A stretch of DNA of 35,670 bases from a virus (lineage: Duplodnaviria > Caudoviricetes): positions 1 through 35,670 of the IMG/VR virus record IMGVR_UViG_3300017754_002486, one strand, 5' to 3'. Of the stretch, positions 28,238 to 35,384 are shown piece by piece. The notes beneath the pieces are model-generated. The model did no database searches, had not been told where the DNA came from, and saw only the letters and a program-made list of their open reading frames with translations. The translations under genes and the position numbers were made by a program. Numbering within the stretch: position 1 is the first letter of the stretch; every line of letters starts with the position of its first letter.

Positions 28238-28663
28238 TTAATCTCCTTCTTCGTTATTTACTAGTCTGTTGTTTGAGAATCCTAAAGCTTTAGCTTCAAT
28301 AGGATGTAGTTCTAGCCACGAATGACATGATCTGCATAAAGCTTTCCAAGTATTCACATCTAGATAATACTTACCCCTACCCTTGGAGTGATGAACATCT
28401 GTGGCATGTACTCCACAACCAGGTAGATTAGCTTGACATATAGAGTTGCTATATAGAAAAGCTACTCTTAGTTTACTGTATTCTCCATCTAACTTAACTC
28501 TTTTGGGAGAGCGAGGGGAGATACGCTTTGTAGTTGGTTTAATACCTTTATTACCAGAACGGCAACTCCAGCAATTTTTACAAAACTTCTCTCCCCCAGA
28601 TCCTCTTTTCCATATTATAGATAGCTTTTTACAGTTATCACATATTTTTTTCTTCCTGATCAT
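28238..28663 (-). CDS. Zn-binding HNH-type nuclease
   Basis: N-terminal CxxC pair; C...C...DVHH...LCRSCH. Confidence 0.75.
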   Translation of the reverse strand: MIRKKKICDNCKKLSIIWKRGSGGEKFCKNCWSCRSGNKGIKPTTKRISPRSPKRVKLDGEYSKLRVAFLYSNSICQANLPGCGVHATDVHHSKGRGKYYLDVNTWKALCRSCHSWLELHPIEAKALGFSNNRLVNNEEGD

Positions 28664-29522
28664 AATTAATTACTTCTACATTATATGCGCTTCCCCATGT
28701 ATAACCATATGCCTGTTTTTGCTTTATTCCTTTTATAGCATTATCAATTGAATTAATACTGGTTACTCCTATTCCTTTAGCTGCTTCTGGTAAAGATGTA
28801 TATAAACCAATAATGTTTCCTTTAGAATCATACTGATATATGATTCTTTTTACTGTACAGGATTTATTTGAAAAAGACCATAAAAAATTTTTTGCAGACT
28901 TATTCTTTTTTATACATTCACCTAATCTTGTAGGTGATATCTTAATACTTTTAGCAGCGTCAGCTATAGATTCAAATGAACAAATATATTTTCCAAGCTT
29001 AGTATATTTATATACTACTTTTTTTTGTTTGTGTTTATAAGCTTGAATTTTATTTACTTTAAAAGTTCTAAATTGATATTTACCAGCACTAGTTAGATTT
29101 TTACAGCTAGCATAAATCGTAGAATATCTTATTTTTAAGATTGATTCAGCAATCTTAGGTGATATCCATTCAGCAATATAATTACCATCAAAATCGTACT
29201 GATAAACTTTAATACAATCTTTCCATTTATGCCCACCAGGTGCTTTATTTACTAAACAACCTTTACCTTTACAAGATCTTCCAAGTTTTTCGATAAGTTT
29301 TATTTCTTCTAAACAACATTCTTCATGTGTAATAAAAGTTTTTACTATATCTACTTTATAATTGTATTTACAATCATTTATTATTTGTAACCACTCTTCA
29401 GATCTTGTTGCTTTTTCATAAGCTCTAATAAACTGATTTTTATTAGGAGTCCTGCCTATACCTACATAAAAAACTTGATTAGTATCTAATCTTGTATGAG
29501 TATAGAGATAATATAATAACAT
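28638..29522 (-). CDS. free-standing GIY-YIG endonuclease with three NUMOD1-type repeats
   Basis: YLYTH...FYVGIG...RA...E...LVN; repeats VYQYDFDG, VYKYTKLG, IYQYDSKG; likely start at 29522. Confidence 0.85.
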   Translation of the reverse strand: MLLYYLYTHTRLDTNQVFYVGIGRTPNKNQFIRAYEKATRSEEWLQIINDCKYNYKVDIVKTFITHEECCLEEIKLIEKLGRSCKGKGCLVNKAPGGHKWKDCIKVYQYDFDGNYIAEWISPKIAESILKIRYSTIYASCKNLTSAGKYQFRTFKVNKIQAYKHKQKKVVYKYTKLGKYICSFESIADAAKSIKISPTRLGECIKKNKSAKNFLWSFSNKSCTVKRIIYQYDSKGNIIGLYTSLPEAAKGIGVTSINSIDNAIKGIKQKQAYGYTWGSAYNVEVINYDQEEKNM

Positions 29523-29545
29523 CTGGAAGAATTTGTATATTTTAT

Positions 29546-29553
29546 ACAAATAT
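29546..29553 (-). promoter_or_regulatory. -7 promoter element overlapping a 9-bp palindrome
   Basis: TATATTTG on minus strand; atttgtata-tt-tatacaaat at 29531-29550. Confidence 0.55.
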
Positions 29554-29584
29554 ACAAAAACTTCCAAATATAAAAAATTATTGA

Positions 29585-29806
29585 CTACATGGTTTGGCTT
29601 TGCTCTGCATCTAATTCAGGTTTTCTAAGTTTACTACTGATAAGTACTCCAGCTCTAAATGTTTTATTAAGAACTACAACACTTGATCTAATCTCAGTAA
29701 GCTCATTATCTTGCTTCATCATTTGCTTAAGCAATGCTTCTTCCATTTCATTCTCAGGTGAGAACAATAGAGACACACCTCCATTAACAAGGAATTCTAC
29801 TTGCAT
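29585..29806 (-). CDS. small hypothetical protein
   Basis: 73-aa ORF. Confidence 0.7.
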   Translation of the reverse strand: MQVEFLVNGGVSLLFSPENEMEEALLKQMMKQDNELTEIRSSVVVLNKTFRAGVLISSKLRKPELDAEQSQTM

Positions 29807-30215
29807 GTTCAGTTGGTTTTAATTCATGAAAATTCTTAGGAAGGATTTTCTCTACAATAAGTCTATTAATGACATCGTGCTTACTGATACCTAAATCTTT
29901 GAAAGACAAGGTACAAATAAATTCTTTGTCAACATTTGTAGTACTGGTAATTTCTTTCAGTAATCCATATTTACACTCACCAAATAGATTATTAATCATT
30001 CGGTTAGTATTGCTAATAAGGATCTCCTGTTTCCACAAATTCAGAACAGTCTGAGTCTTGCGGTGAATCTTGTTAATTCTCTTGAGTTTATCATTACTCA
30101 TATCTGCGATCTCTGCAGAATTATAAACCCCCACACCAATTAGGGCACGCTTATAAAGAAAATTTTGTCTTGAGTTGTATGGATCTTTCTCATACACTTG
30201 CTTTACATTTTTCAT
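29784..30215 (-). CDS. hypothetical protein
   Basis: 143-aa ORF. Confidence 0.75.
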   Translation of the reverse strand: MKNVKQVYEKDPYNSRQNFLYKRALIGVGVYNSAEIADMSNDKLKRINKIHRKTQTVLNLWKQEILISNTNRMINNLFGECKYGLLKEITSTTNVDKEFICTLSFKDLGISKHDVINRLIVEKILPKNFHELKPTEHASRIPC

Positions 30216-30235
30216 CTGATTTGAGTTTTTAAATA

Positions 30236-30264
30236 GAAAGGGGAAGGCTATTAACCTTCCCCCT
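30236..30264 (-). terminator. intrinsic terminator
   Basis: ggggaagg/ccttcccc stem, T-rich tail on minus strand. Confidence 0.7.
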
Positions 30265-30287
30265 CTATTATGATTTACATATAGATA

Positions 30288-30749
30288 TTAAATATCAAAT
30301 CCAGTTCCTGCAACTTCTTTCAAAGAGCTTTTACGTGCAGCAATAATCTCTGCAGTATTATCATGCTGAACCTTTACATCTTCAGCATTCTCATTAAGAG
30401 TGTAGAAATTTTTGCGGTAAATAGGATTACCATTCAACATGCAGATAACACCTGTGTCTCCTGCATATTTGAAATCACGCTCTGGATCATTAGGATTAAA
30501 TGGCTCAAGTGATTCTTTAATCACAATCTTACCAGATACTTCCTGATTATTCTTCCAGCCAAATGCTTGTAGGTCCTCTACTTTACCTGGCATCAAAGCA
30601 GAAATACTTTTTCTGCGTACAAAACCTGTGTTTTCATCAATAGTTGTTACATCTTGGGTTACACGAATGTGACCATAATCAGGATTGTTAGTTGAAGGCA
30701 CTACTACAAGACCTTGTTCATTTGCTGTTACTTTAACTTTAGAATTCAT
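30288..30749 (-). CDS. hypothetical protein (possibly OB-fold ssDNA-binding)
   Basis: 153-aa beta-rich ORF with own terminator; function is a guess. Confidence 0.7.
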   Translation of the reverse strand: MNSKVKVTANEQGLVVVPSTNNPDYGHIRVTQDVTTIDENTGFVRRKSISALMPGKVEDLQAFGWKNNQEVSGKIVIKESLEPFNPNDPERDFKYAGDTGVICMLNGNPIYRKNFYTLNENAEDVKVQHDNTAEIIAARKSSLKEVAGTGFDI

Positions 30750-30800
30750 AATTGAAATTGGTTTTTGAATTGATTTTAATGAGCCATAGTTATATAAAGC

Positions 30801-30829
30801 AAAAAAGACAGCTGGCTCTTTGCTGTCTT
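30801..30829 (-). terminator. intrinsic terminator
   Basis: aagacagc/gctgtctt stem followed by T run on minus strand. Confidence 0.7.
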
Positions 30830-30867
30830 ATCACTTATCTAAAATACCTGCTCTAGAATCAGGTAGA

Positions 30868-31170
30868 TTATTCTGAAAAATTGGGGTCTGGAGCTTCTAG
30901 GTTATCTATTATCTCCTGATCTGACATAGGTTGCTCATTTGGTATGTGCAATTCATCAGATTCAAATTGAAAGTCTATTGACTTATCATCTTCATTGTCT
31001 TCATCAATATGTTTTTTATTACCAGCGCTTATAGATGAGTCTACCCATGGAGAGTGTATAATACTCCCACAATCTATACTGATTAGATACTGTATATCTT
31101 CGTCAGTGAGACCTAAGTATTGATCTATTGACAAGTTTATTACCTTGCCATTTGGAAGCTGATATAACAT
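30868..31170 (-). CDS. acidic hypothetical protein
   Basis: likely start MLYQLPNGK; TATATTTG element upstream. Confidence 0.7.
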   Translation of the reverse strand: MLYQLPNGKVINLSIDQYLGLTDEDIQYLISIDCGSIIHSPWVDSSISAGNKKHIDEDNEDDKSIDFQFESDELHIPNEQPMSDQEIIDNLEAPDPNFSE

Positions 31171-31244
31171 ATTGACAAACAAACATATACAAATATAGAT
31201 AAATTAGTTTGAATTATGCAATATAGAAGCTGATGATAGTAAAA

Positions 31245-31424
31245 CTACCGATACTGGTAAAACATATTTACTAGACTAATTAGAAAGCTACATACTACTG
31301 TAAGCCCTAGCCAGAATAATACTTTACCTAAGATATCCATTCTATCTTCTAGAGCTTTCTTATGCTCTAGATACTTATCTAGATACACATACCTCTTCTT
31401 GTTCTTGTTTTCTACTGTATTCAT
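31245..31424 (-). CDS. 59-aa single-TM protein (not in ORF track)
   Basis: MNTVENKNKKRYVYLDKYLEHKKALEDRMDILGKVLFWLGLTVVCSFLISLVNMFYQYR, translated by hand. Confidence 0.65.
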   Translation of the reverse strand: MNTVENKNKKRYVYLDKYLEHKKALEDRMDILGKVLFWLGLTVVCSFLISLVNMFYQYR

Positions 31425-31432
31425 TGTTTAAA

Positions 31433-31957
31433 TTAAAATGGGAGCTCTGGTTTGGAAGTGTCTTCATCATCTAATAGATCTATATTACCTGAATCACTAC
31501 GTTCAGCGTGATGCAACTCAATAGAATAAGTCTCAGCAACTCTACTTAAGTCATTATTAATTGAGATAAATGATACCTTTAAAGGGCTTCCACTATAAAG
31601 ATCTATGTTTTTTATTTCACACTCTACCTTTTCTTGGAAGATTAGGCCATGTTTTTTCATTTCTTCTACATTACATCTCCAGTTTGGAAGATGTCTGAAA
31701 GGTACCCATACCTTATCTCCTACACAAAAGTCAGTCTTATTTTCTATACCTAAGAAAGCTTTTGTTAGTTGATCTATTCCTACAGTTGTATTAATAAGAT
31801 TATTTACAATGACTCTAGCCATTATACTACAGTGAGGATGCCTAGATAAGGCACCCTCTAAAGCTGTAATAAGATCATCTTTCTTCATATTGAAAGAAAA
31901 AGATAAATATTCATTATCATCACTCATTAGTAACCTCCTATGTCTCCATGCTCCCAA
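31433..31957 (-). CDS. hypothetical protein
   Basis: ORF ending ELPF; real start probably MSDDNE at 31927. Confidence 0.7.
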   Translation of the reverse strand: MGAWRHRRLLMSDDNEYLSFSFNMKKDDLITALEGALSRHPHCSIMARVIVNNLINTTVGIDQLTKAFLGIENKTDFCVGDKVWVPFRHLPNWRCNVEEMKKHGLIFQEKVECEIKNIDLYSGSPLKVSFISINNDLSRVAETYSIELHHAERSDSGNIDLLDDEDTSKPELPF

Positions 31958-32154
31958 TCATGACTATCTGCTTCTTGACTCAAATGCATTAGATAGTCAT
32001 TGTGATGCTCAATAATAGTATCTGCTTTATTAGACACCCAATCATTAACTGCTGCAATTTCCTCTTTAGTAAGAGGTTCTTTCTTTAGATCTTCTTCATA
32101 GGTTTGAAGAGTTAAGATAAGTAAGTCTTTCATTTCACTAATAGAGTATTCCAT
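31927..32154 (-). CDS. small acidic hypothetical protein
   Basis: 75-aa ORF. Confidence 0.65.
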   Translation of the reverse strand: MEYSISEMKDLLILTLQTYEEDLKKEPLTKEEIAAVNDWVSNKADTIIEHHNDYLMHLSQEADSHDWEHGDIGGY

Positions 32155-32157
32155 AGC

Positions 32158-32355
32158 TTATTTGTTTTTAGATACCCACACAGGGCAGTTGTTAATAGCT
32201 TTACTTTTTACATGTTTTACACCATGCTTTACTAAGCACCGGTGATTATGTTTATTCATTCTATCAAAATGATTTGTGCTTCTACATGAAGTCACTGATG
32301 CAGCAATCACAAAGAGCGCTGCAATAAACAGGATTGCATAAAAAGTTTGTTTCAT
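32158..32355 (-). CDS. small putative lipoprotein
   Basis: hydrophobic signal ending VTSC. Confidence 0.6.
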   Translation of the reverse strand: MKQTFYAILFIAALFVIAASVTSCRSTNHFDRMNKHNHRCLVKHGVKHVKSKAINNCPVWVSKNK

Positions 32356-32582
32356 TGTTCTTGGTTTTTTGGTTTTGTTTCTAATTCTTGTGTTTCTTCT
32401 TCTGGATATTTCTCATTGTTTTTAACAATTACTCTAGCTAGACCATGAAGGTCTGTCTTACCTTGCTCATATTCTACAAGTCTTACTACTCTAATAATAA
32501 GGTCTACTGCCTTATCACTTATTGCAATACCACACATTCTTAGTGCAGTCTTAGTGTAAAGGATTTTTTTCTTTCTAGGCAT
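32352..32582 (-). CDS. small hypothetical protein
   Basis: 76-aa ORF. Confidence 0.65.
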   Translation of the reverse strand: MPRKKKILYTKTALRMCGIAISDKAVDLIIRVVRLVEYEQGKTDLHGLARVIVKNNEKYPEEETQELETKPKNQEQ

Positions 32583-32597
32583 GTTATTAAATATTAG

Positions 32598-32672
32598 TGA
32601 TCCTGGCGGGACTCGAACCCAAGCAACCTATTTCTTAGAAGGAAATTGCTCTTCCAATTGAGCTACAGGATC
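32598..32672 (-). tRNA. tRNA-Arg(UCU)
   Basis: acceptor GATCCTG/CAGGATC, D-arm, anticodon arm ATTTC-CTTCTAA-GAAAT, TTCGAGT loop; no encoded CCA; T-stem irregular. Confidence 0.85.
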
Positions 32673-32966
32673 ATATGCGCCACCTGAGATTACAGTGACT
32701 AGATATTCTAAGGTTCTTTCATTAGCTAAAGCACCTATAAGGTCTTACCCTAACCCCAGCTGCTGTATAATATGGCTTGCCCAGTTAGCAAGTGCACCCA
32801 TATGGATCCTTATTTAAAGTTAGTTCGAGATAAACTCTGGTCCACATAACTATTAGTTTTACCAACTTAGGATTTGATAAATCGCCAGATTCTGGTCGTC
32901 GTATTTATCCGTACCTAAATTGTTGATGAAGGAGAGCTAACATCCTATAGGTATCTCATACCCTAA

Positions 32967-33296
32967 TTACTTAAATCTGTTCTTATACTTAGTATAGTGG
33001 GCTTTAACTATAGCAAAAGCCATTACCTTATCATCAATAAGTTCTGATTTATCCATCTTTATAAGAGTGTTTACTTCATGATTATCAATGATATTCTTTT
33101 CTCTTAAGTAGAGTATGACATCAGATACTTGTGCAGCATATTGTATTATCCCCGTATCCAGCATATTAGAATACTGTTCAATAGAATATGCCATCAGCAG
33201 TTCCCTGAGTTGTTTTTTAGTGCGGTAATAGGGATTTGGGTTCCATTTATACTCTTTATCCTGCTGCTTAACCTTTAGTCTTCTATCTTGATTCAT
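32967..33296 (-). CDS. hypothetical protein
   Basis: 109-aa ORF. Confidence 0.7.
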   Translation of the reverse strand: MNQDRRLKVKQQDKEYKWNPNPYYRTKKQLRELLMAYSIEQYSNMLDTGIIQYAAQVSDVILYLREKNIIDNHEVNTLIKMDKSELIDDKVMAFAIVKAHYTKYKNRFK

Positions 33297-33316
33297 AATA
33301 TTAATAGTTTAAAGAT

Positions 33317-33356
33317 AAAAGGGATGCTGAGAGTATTACCTCCCAGCATTGCCCTT
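33317..33356 (-). terminator. probable intrinsic terminator
   Basis: aaggg-atgctg.../...cagcat-t-gccctt stem with T tail on minus strand. Confidence 0.55.
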
Positions 33357-33480
33357 CATTAATCCAGTTAACCGCTATGAAACCTGGATTAATTTTCACA
33401 ATATAAGATTCCTAAGAAAGATTCAGTCAAAGCTAATAAGTTTTACTTATTAAAGTCAACACTCATATTGGAAAGTACTT

Positions 33481-34068
33481 TTAAAGATTTTCTTCAATCC
33501 ATGTATTAAGATCATATTCTGATTCATCCATATCTATTTGATCATAACATTTTTTACATAAAGCGATCACTTCTTCTCTACTCCAACTATCTTTAACAGC
33601 TCGAATAGTAATAGTGTTATCTTTTGGATTTACTTTAAGTATATCACAAAAATTCTTGAATACTCCAGTTCCATGATTATATTCCACCATTACTTCAGTA
33701 ACAACATTACCTTTATTATACTCTTCTACATACTTTTCAATGAATCCTTCTGAAGGCTGAGGAAATACACAAACACATTCATTCTTAGCACACTTTCCAT
33801 CACATAAAGACTTATCAGTAGTAGCAATGATTTTTTTCCAACCCCTTAAACTACCTTTACCAATACATTGTAAAACAGATGGTTCTCTTTCTTCGTTATA
33901 CATCCAATCACCTTCTTTAATCTCATCATCTGATAGGATGTAGAGATTAGACACAAACTCATTAATAATTAATGCCTGTGTTCCTTTAAAGTACCAATTT
34001 TTAGTACCTATTTCTGCTTTTTGATTAGTAGGAAGCATAACTACTTTGCATTTCTTAAACGTGCTCAT
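33481..34068 (-). CDS. hypothetical phage protein
   Basis: start MSTFKK; upstream in-frame extension lies in a tRNA; LYILSDDEIKEGDW and KKIIATTD motifs. Confidence 0.75.
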   Translation of the reverse strand: MSTFKKCKVVMLPTNQKAEIGTKNWYFKGTQALIINEFVSNLYILSDDEIKEGDWMYNEEREPSVLQCIGKGSLRGWKKIIATTDKSLCDGKCAKNECVCVFPQPSEGFIEKYVEEYNKGNVVTEVMVEYNHGTGVFKNFCDILKVNPKDNTITIRAVKDSWSREEVIALCKKCYDQIDMDESEYDLNTWIEENL

Positions 34069-34102
34069 AAGCTTTGTTTTTGAATAGGTTAATAAATTAA
34101 TT

Positions 34103-34179
34103 TGGTGTGCCTTACAGGACTCGAACCTATGACCCAAACATTATGAGTGTTTTGCTCTAACCAGCTGAGCTAAAGGCAC
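34103..34179 (-). tRNA. tRNA with CAU anticodon (Ile2 or elongator Met)
   Basis: acceptor GTGCCTT/AAGGCAC plus ACCA, anticodon arm AAACA-CTCATAA-TGTTT; lacks initiator features. Confidence 0.92.
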
Positions 34180-34246
34180 AAATACCATGAAATAAAATAG
34201 GTACAGGCCCCGGTACTATATCCTGTGTTTATCGGGATTACCTATT

Positions 34247-34441
34247 TTATTGTTTTTTATAATTTAAATATTGTAATACCGGTACAACAACTATACCCAC
34301 AACAGCTACTACAATTACACTAAACATAAATACATTATATATTCCAAAGATAAGATTAGCACATTCTACAAGAATGGTTCCTAATACTGCCACTATAACA
34401 ATAGCAGCAAAGATTCTAAGATTGTTAGATGTCTTTTTCAT
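34247..34441 (-). CDS. small two-TM membrane protein
   Basis: two hydrophobic helices. Confidence 0.65.
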   Translation of the reverse strand: MKKTSNNLRIFAAIVIVAVLGTILVECANLIFGIYNVFMFSVIVVAVVGIVVVPVLQYLNYKKQ

Positions 34442-34464
34442 ATTTGAGTTGGTTTTAGAGTTGA

Positions 34465-34578
34465 TTAATGGGTTATGATTCCTACTCCCACAAGTTTTCC
34501 TTGAGGCTTTCTACTTTTTTTACTGCTAGCACAAGAGCAAGCAGCAATTAGGATTGTTAAATAGAGAATTGTTTTCAT
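34465..34578 (-). CDS. 37-aa putative lipoprotein (not in ORF track)
   Basis: MKTILYLTILIAACSCASSKKSRKPQGKLVGVGIITH, translated by hand. Confidence 0.5.
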   Translation of the reverse strand: MKTILYLTILIAACSCASSKKSRKPQGKLVGVGIITH

Positions 34579-34606
34579 ATCTTATTTTAGATTAGATGTT
34601 TAAATT

Positions 34607-34635
34607 AAAAAAGCGGAGGGAATTACCCCTCCACT
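34607..34635 (-). terminator. intrinsic terminator
   Basis: minus strand agtggaggg-gtaatt-ccctccgct followed by T run. Confidence 0.75.
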
Positions 34636-34640
34636 TCTTA

Positions 34641-34766
34641 CCCCTCTGCACTCAGTTATAGTTCCACACTTTCGACTATCCATAGAAACCTATTTATGGT
34701 GACTACACCGCCTATGGTAGTATGTGGTTTACGTTTCTCTATTACTATAACTGAATGCATTAGGAA
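34641..34766 (-). ncRNA. degenerate twister-like hairpin lacking P4/L4
   Basis: UAAUGCA-UU-CAGUUAUAGU...ACUAUAACUG-AG-UGCAGAGGGG; 16-nt identity with 34926-34941. Confidence 0.5.
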
Positions 34767-34903
34767 TATTTTGTTAATAGATTCAGCTCAACTGTATATA
34801 GTTTTTCATGACCATCTTTTACAGTTGCTATAAGTCCTTCAATATCTACTATTTGGTAGACATGAGAATCTCCTTTTGTTTTTACTAAGTCTCCTTTTTT
34901 CAT
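34760..34903 (-). CDS. 47-aa small beta-barrel-like protein (not in ORF track)
   Basis: MKKGDLVKTKGDSHVYQIVDIEGLIATVKDGHEKLYTVELNLLTKYS, A-rich leader; KOW/SH3-like start. Confidence 0.65.
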   Translation of the reverse strand: MKKGDLVKTKGDSHVYQIVDIEGLIATVKDGHEKLYTVELNLLTKYS

Positions 34904-34921
34904 AATGTTTGGTTTTTAAAA

Positions 34922-35089
34922 GTGTCCCTCTGCACTCAGTTGTAATATGCTGTTTTTCTACAAAGAGTTAATAAAATTCCCGCAGTTACGCAAGCACTTT
35001 AACATAGCTCTAAAACCAGACTGTAGATTTTCATCCACTTTATACTACAACTGCTCACCCTTGGGAAGTGAGTTATGGTGCATTAAAAA
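34922..35089 (-). ncRNA. twister-ribozyme-like RNA with extended P5
   Basis: U|AA-UGCA-CC-AUAA-CUCAC-UUCCCAAGG-GUGAG-[P5]-AG-UGCA-G-A-GGGA; P2, P4 and both pseudoknots can form; P1 not evident. Confidence 0.6.
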
Positions 35090-35384
35090 TGAGAGGCTTG
35101 ATTACCCTCTCCCACCGTTTAGCTGGTTGAAGCTGAAGGTTATTCTATACCTACAAATATCAGAGCATACGTTCTCTGAGTGTTATGTCACTTGTCTAGT
35201 ATGGTGACCCACCGCCAGTAGCTTACTGGATAGCACCCATTTAATCTTATGCATAAGATCTGGCAGGGTACACCGCACCAATATTTGCCCAGGCTATTAA
35301 GCGCTATTCTCCTGGACTATCCCCATTATTCCACCCAAGTATTCCCTGGGTGGTGGTGGATGATATTCTTAAATGAGTTATCTA

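Noticed and set aside
28638-29584. Third group I intron around the free-standing GIY-YIG gene
   Set aside because: Too little flanking non-coding sequence and no P7 (GACUA/UAGUC) core
32560-34110. tRNA-associated HDV-like (theta) ribozymes at tRNA 3' ends
   Set aside because: Both tRNAs are followed by short AT-rich leaders and a start codon, leaving no room for the fold
34069-34137. N-terminal extension of ORF 33481..34137
   Set aside because: It starts inside the CAU tRNA gene
34641-34941. CRISPR mini-array
   Set aside because: Only two 16-nt copies about 284 nt apart with an ORF between; better explained as RNA scaffolds
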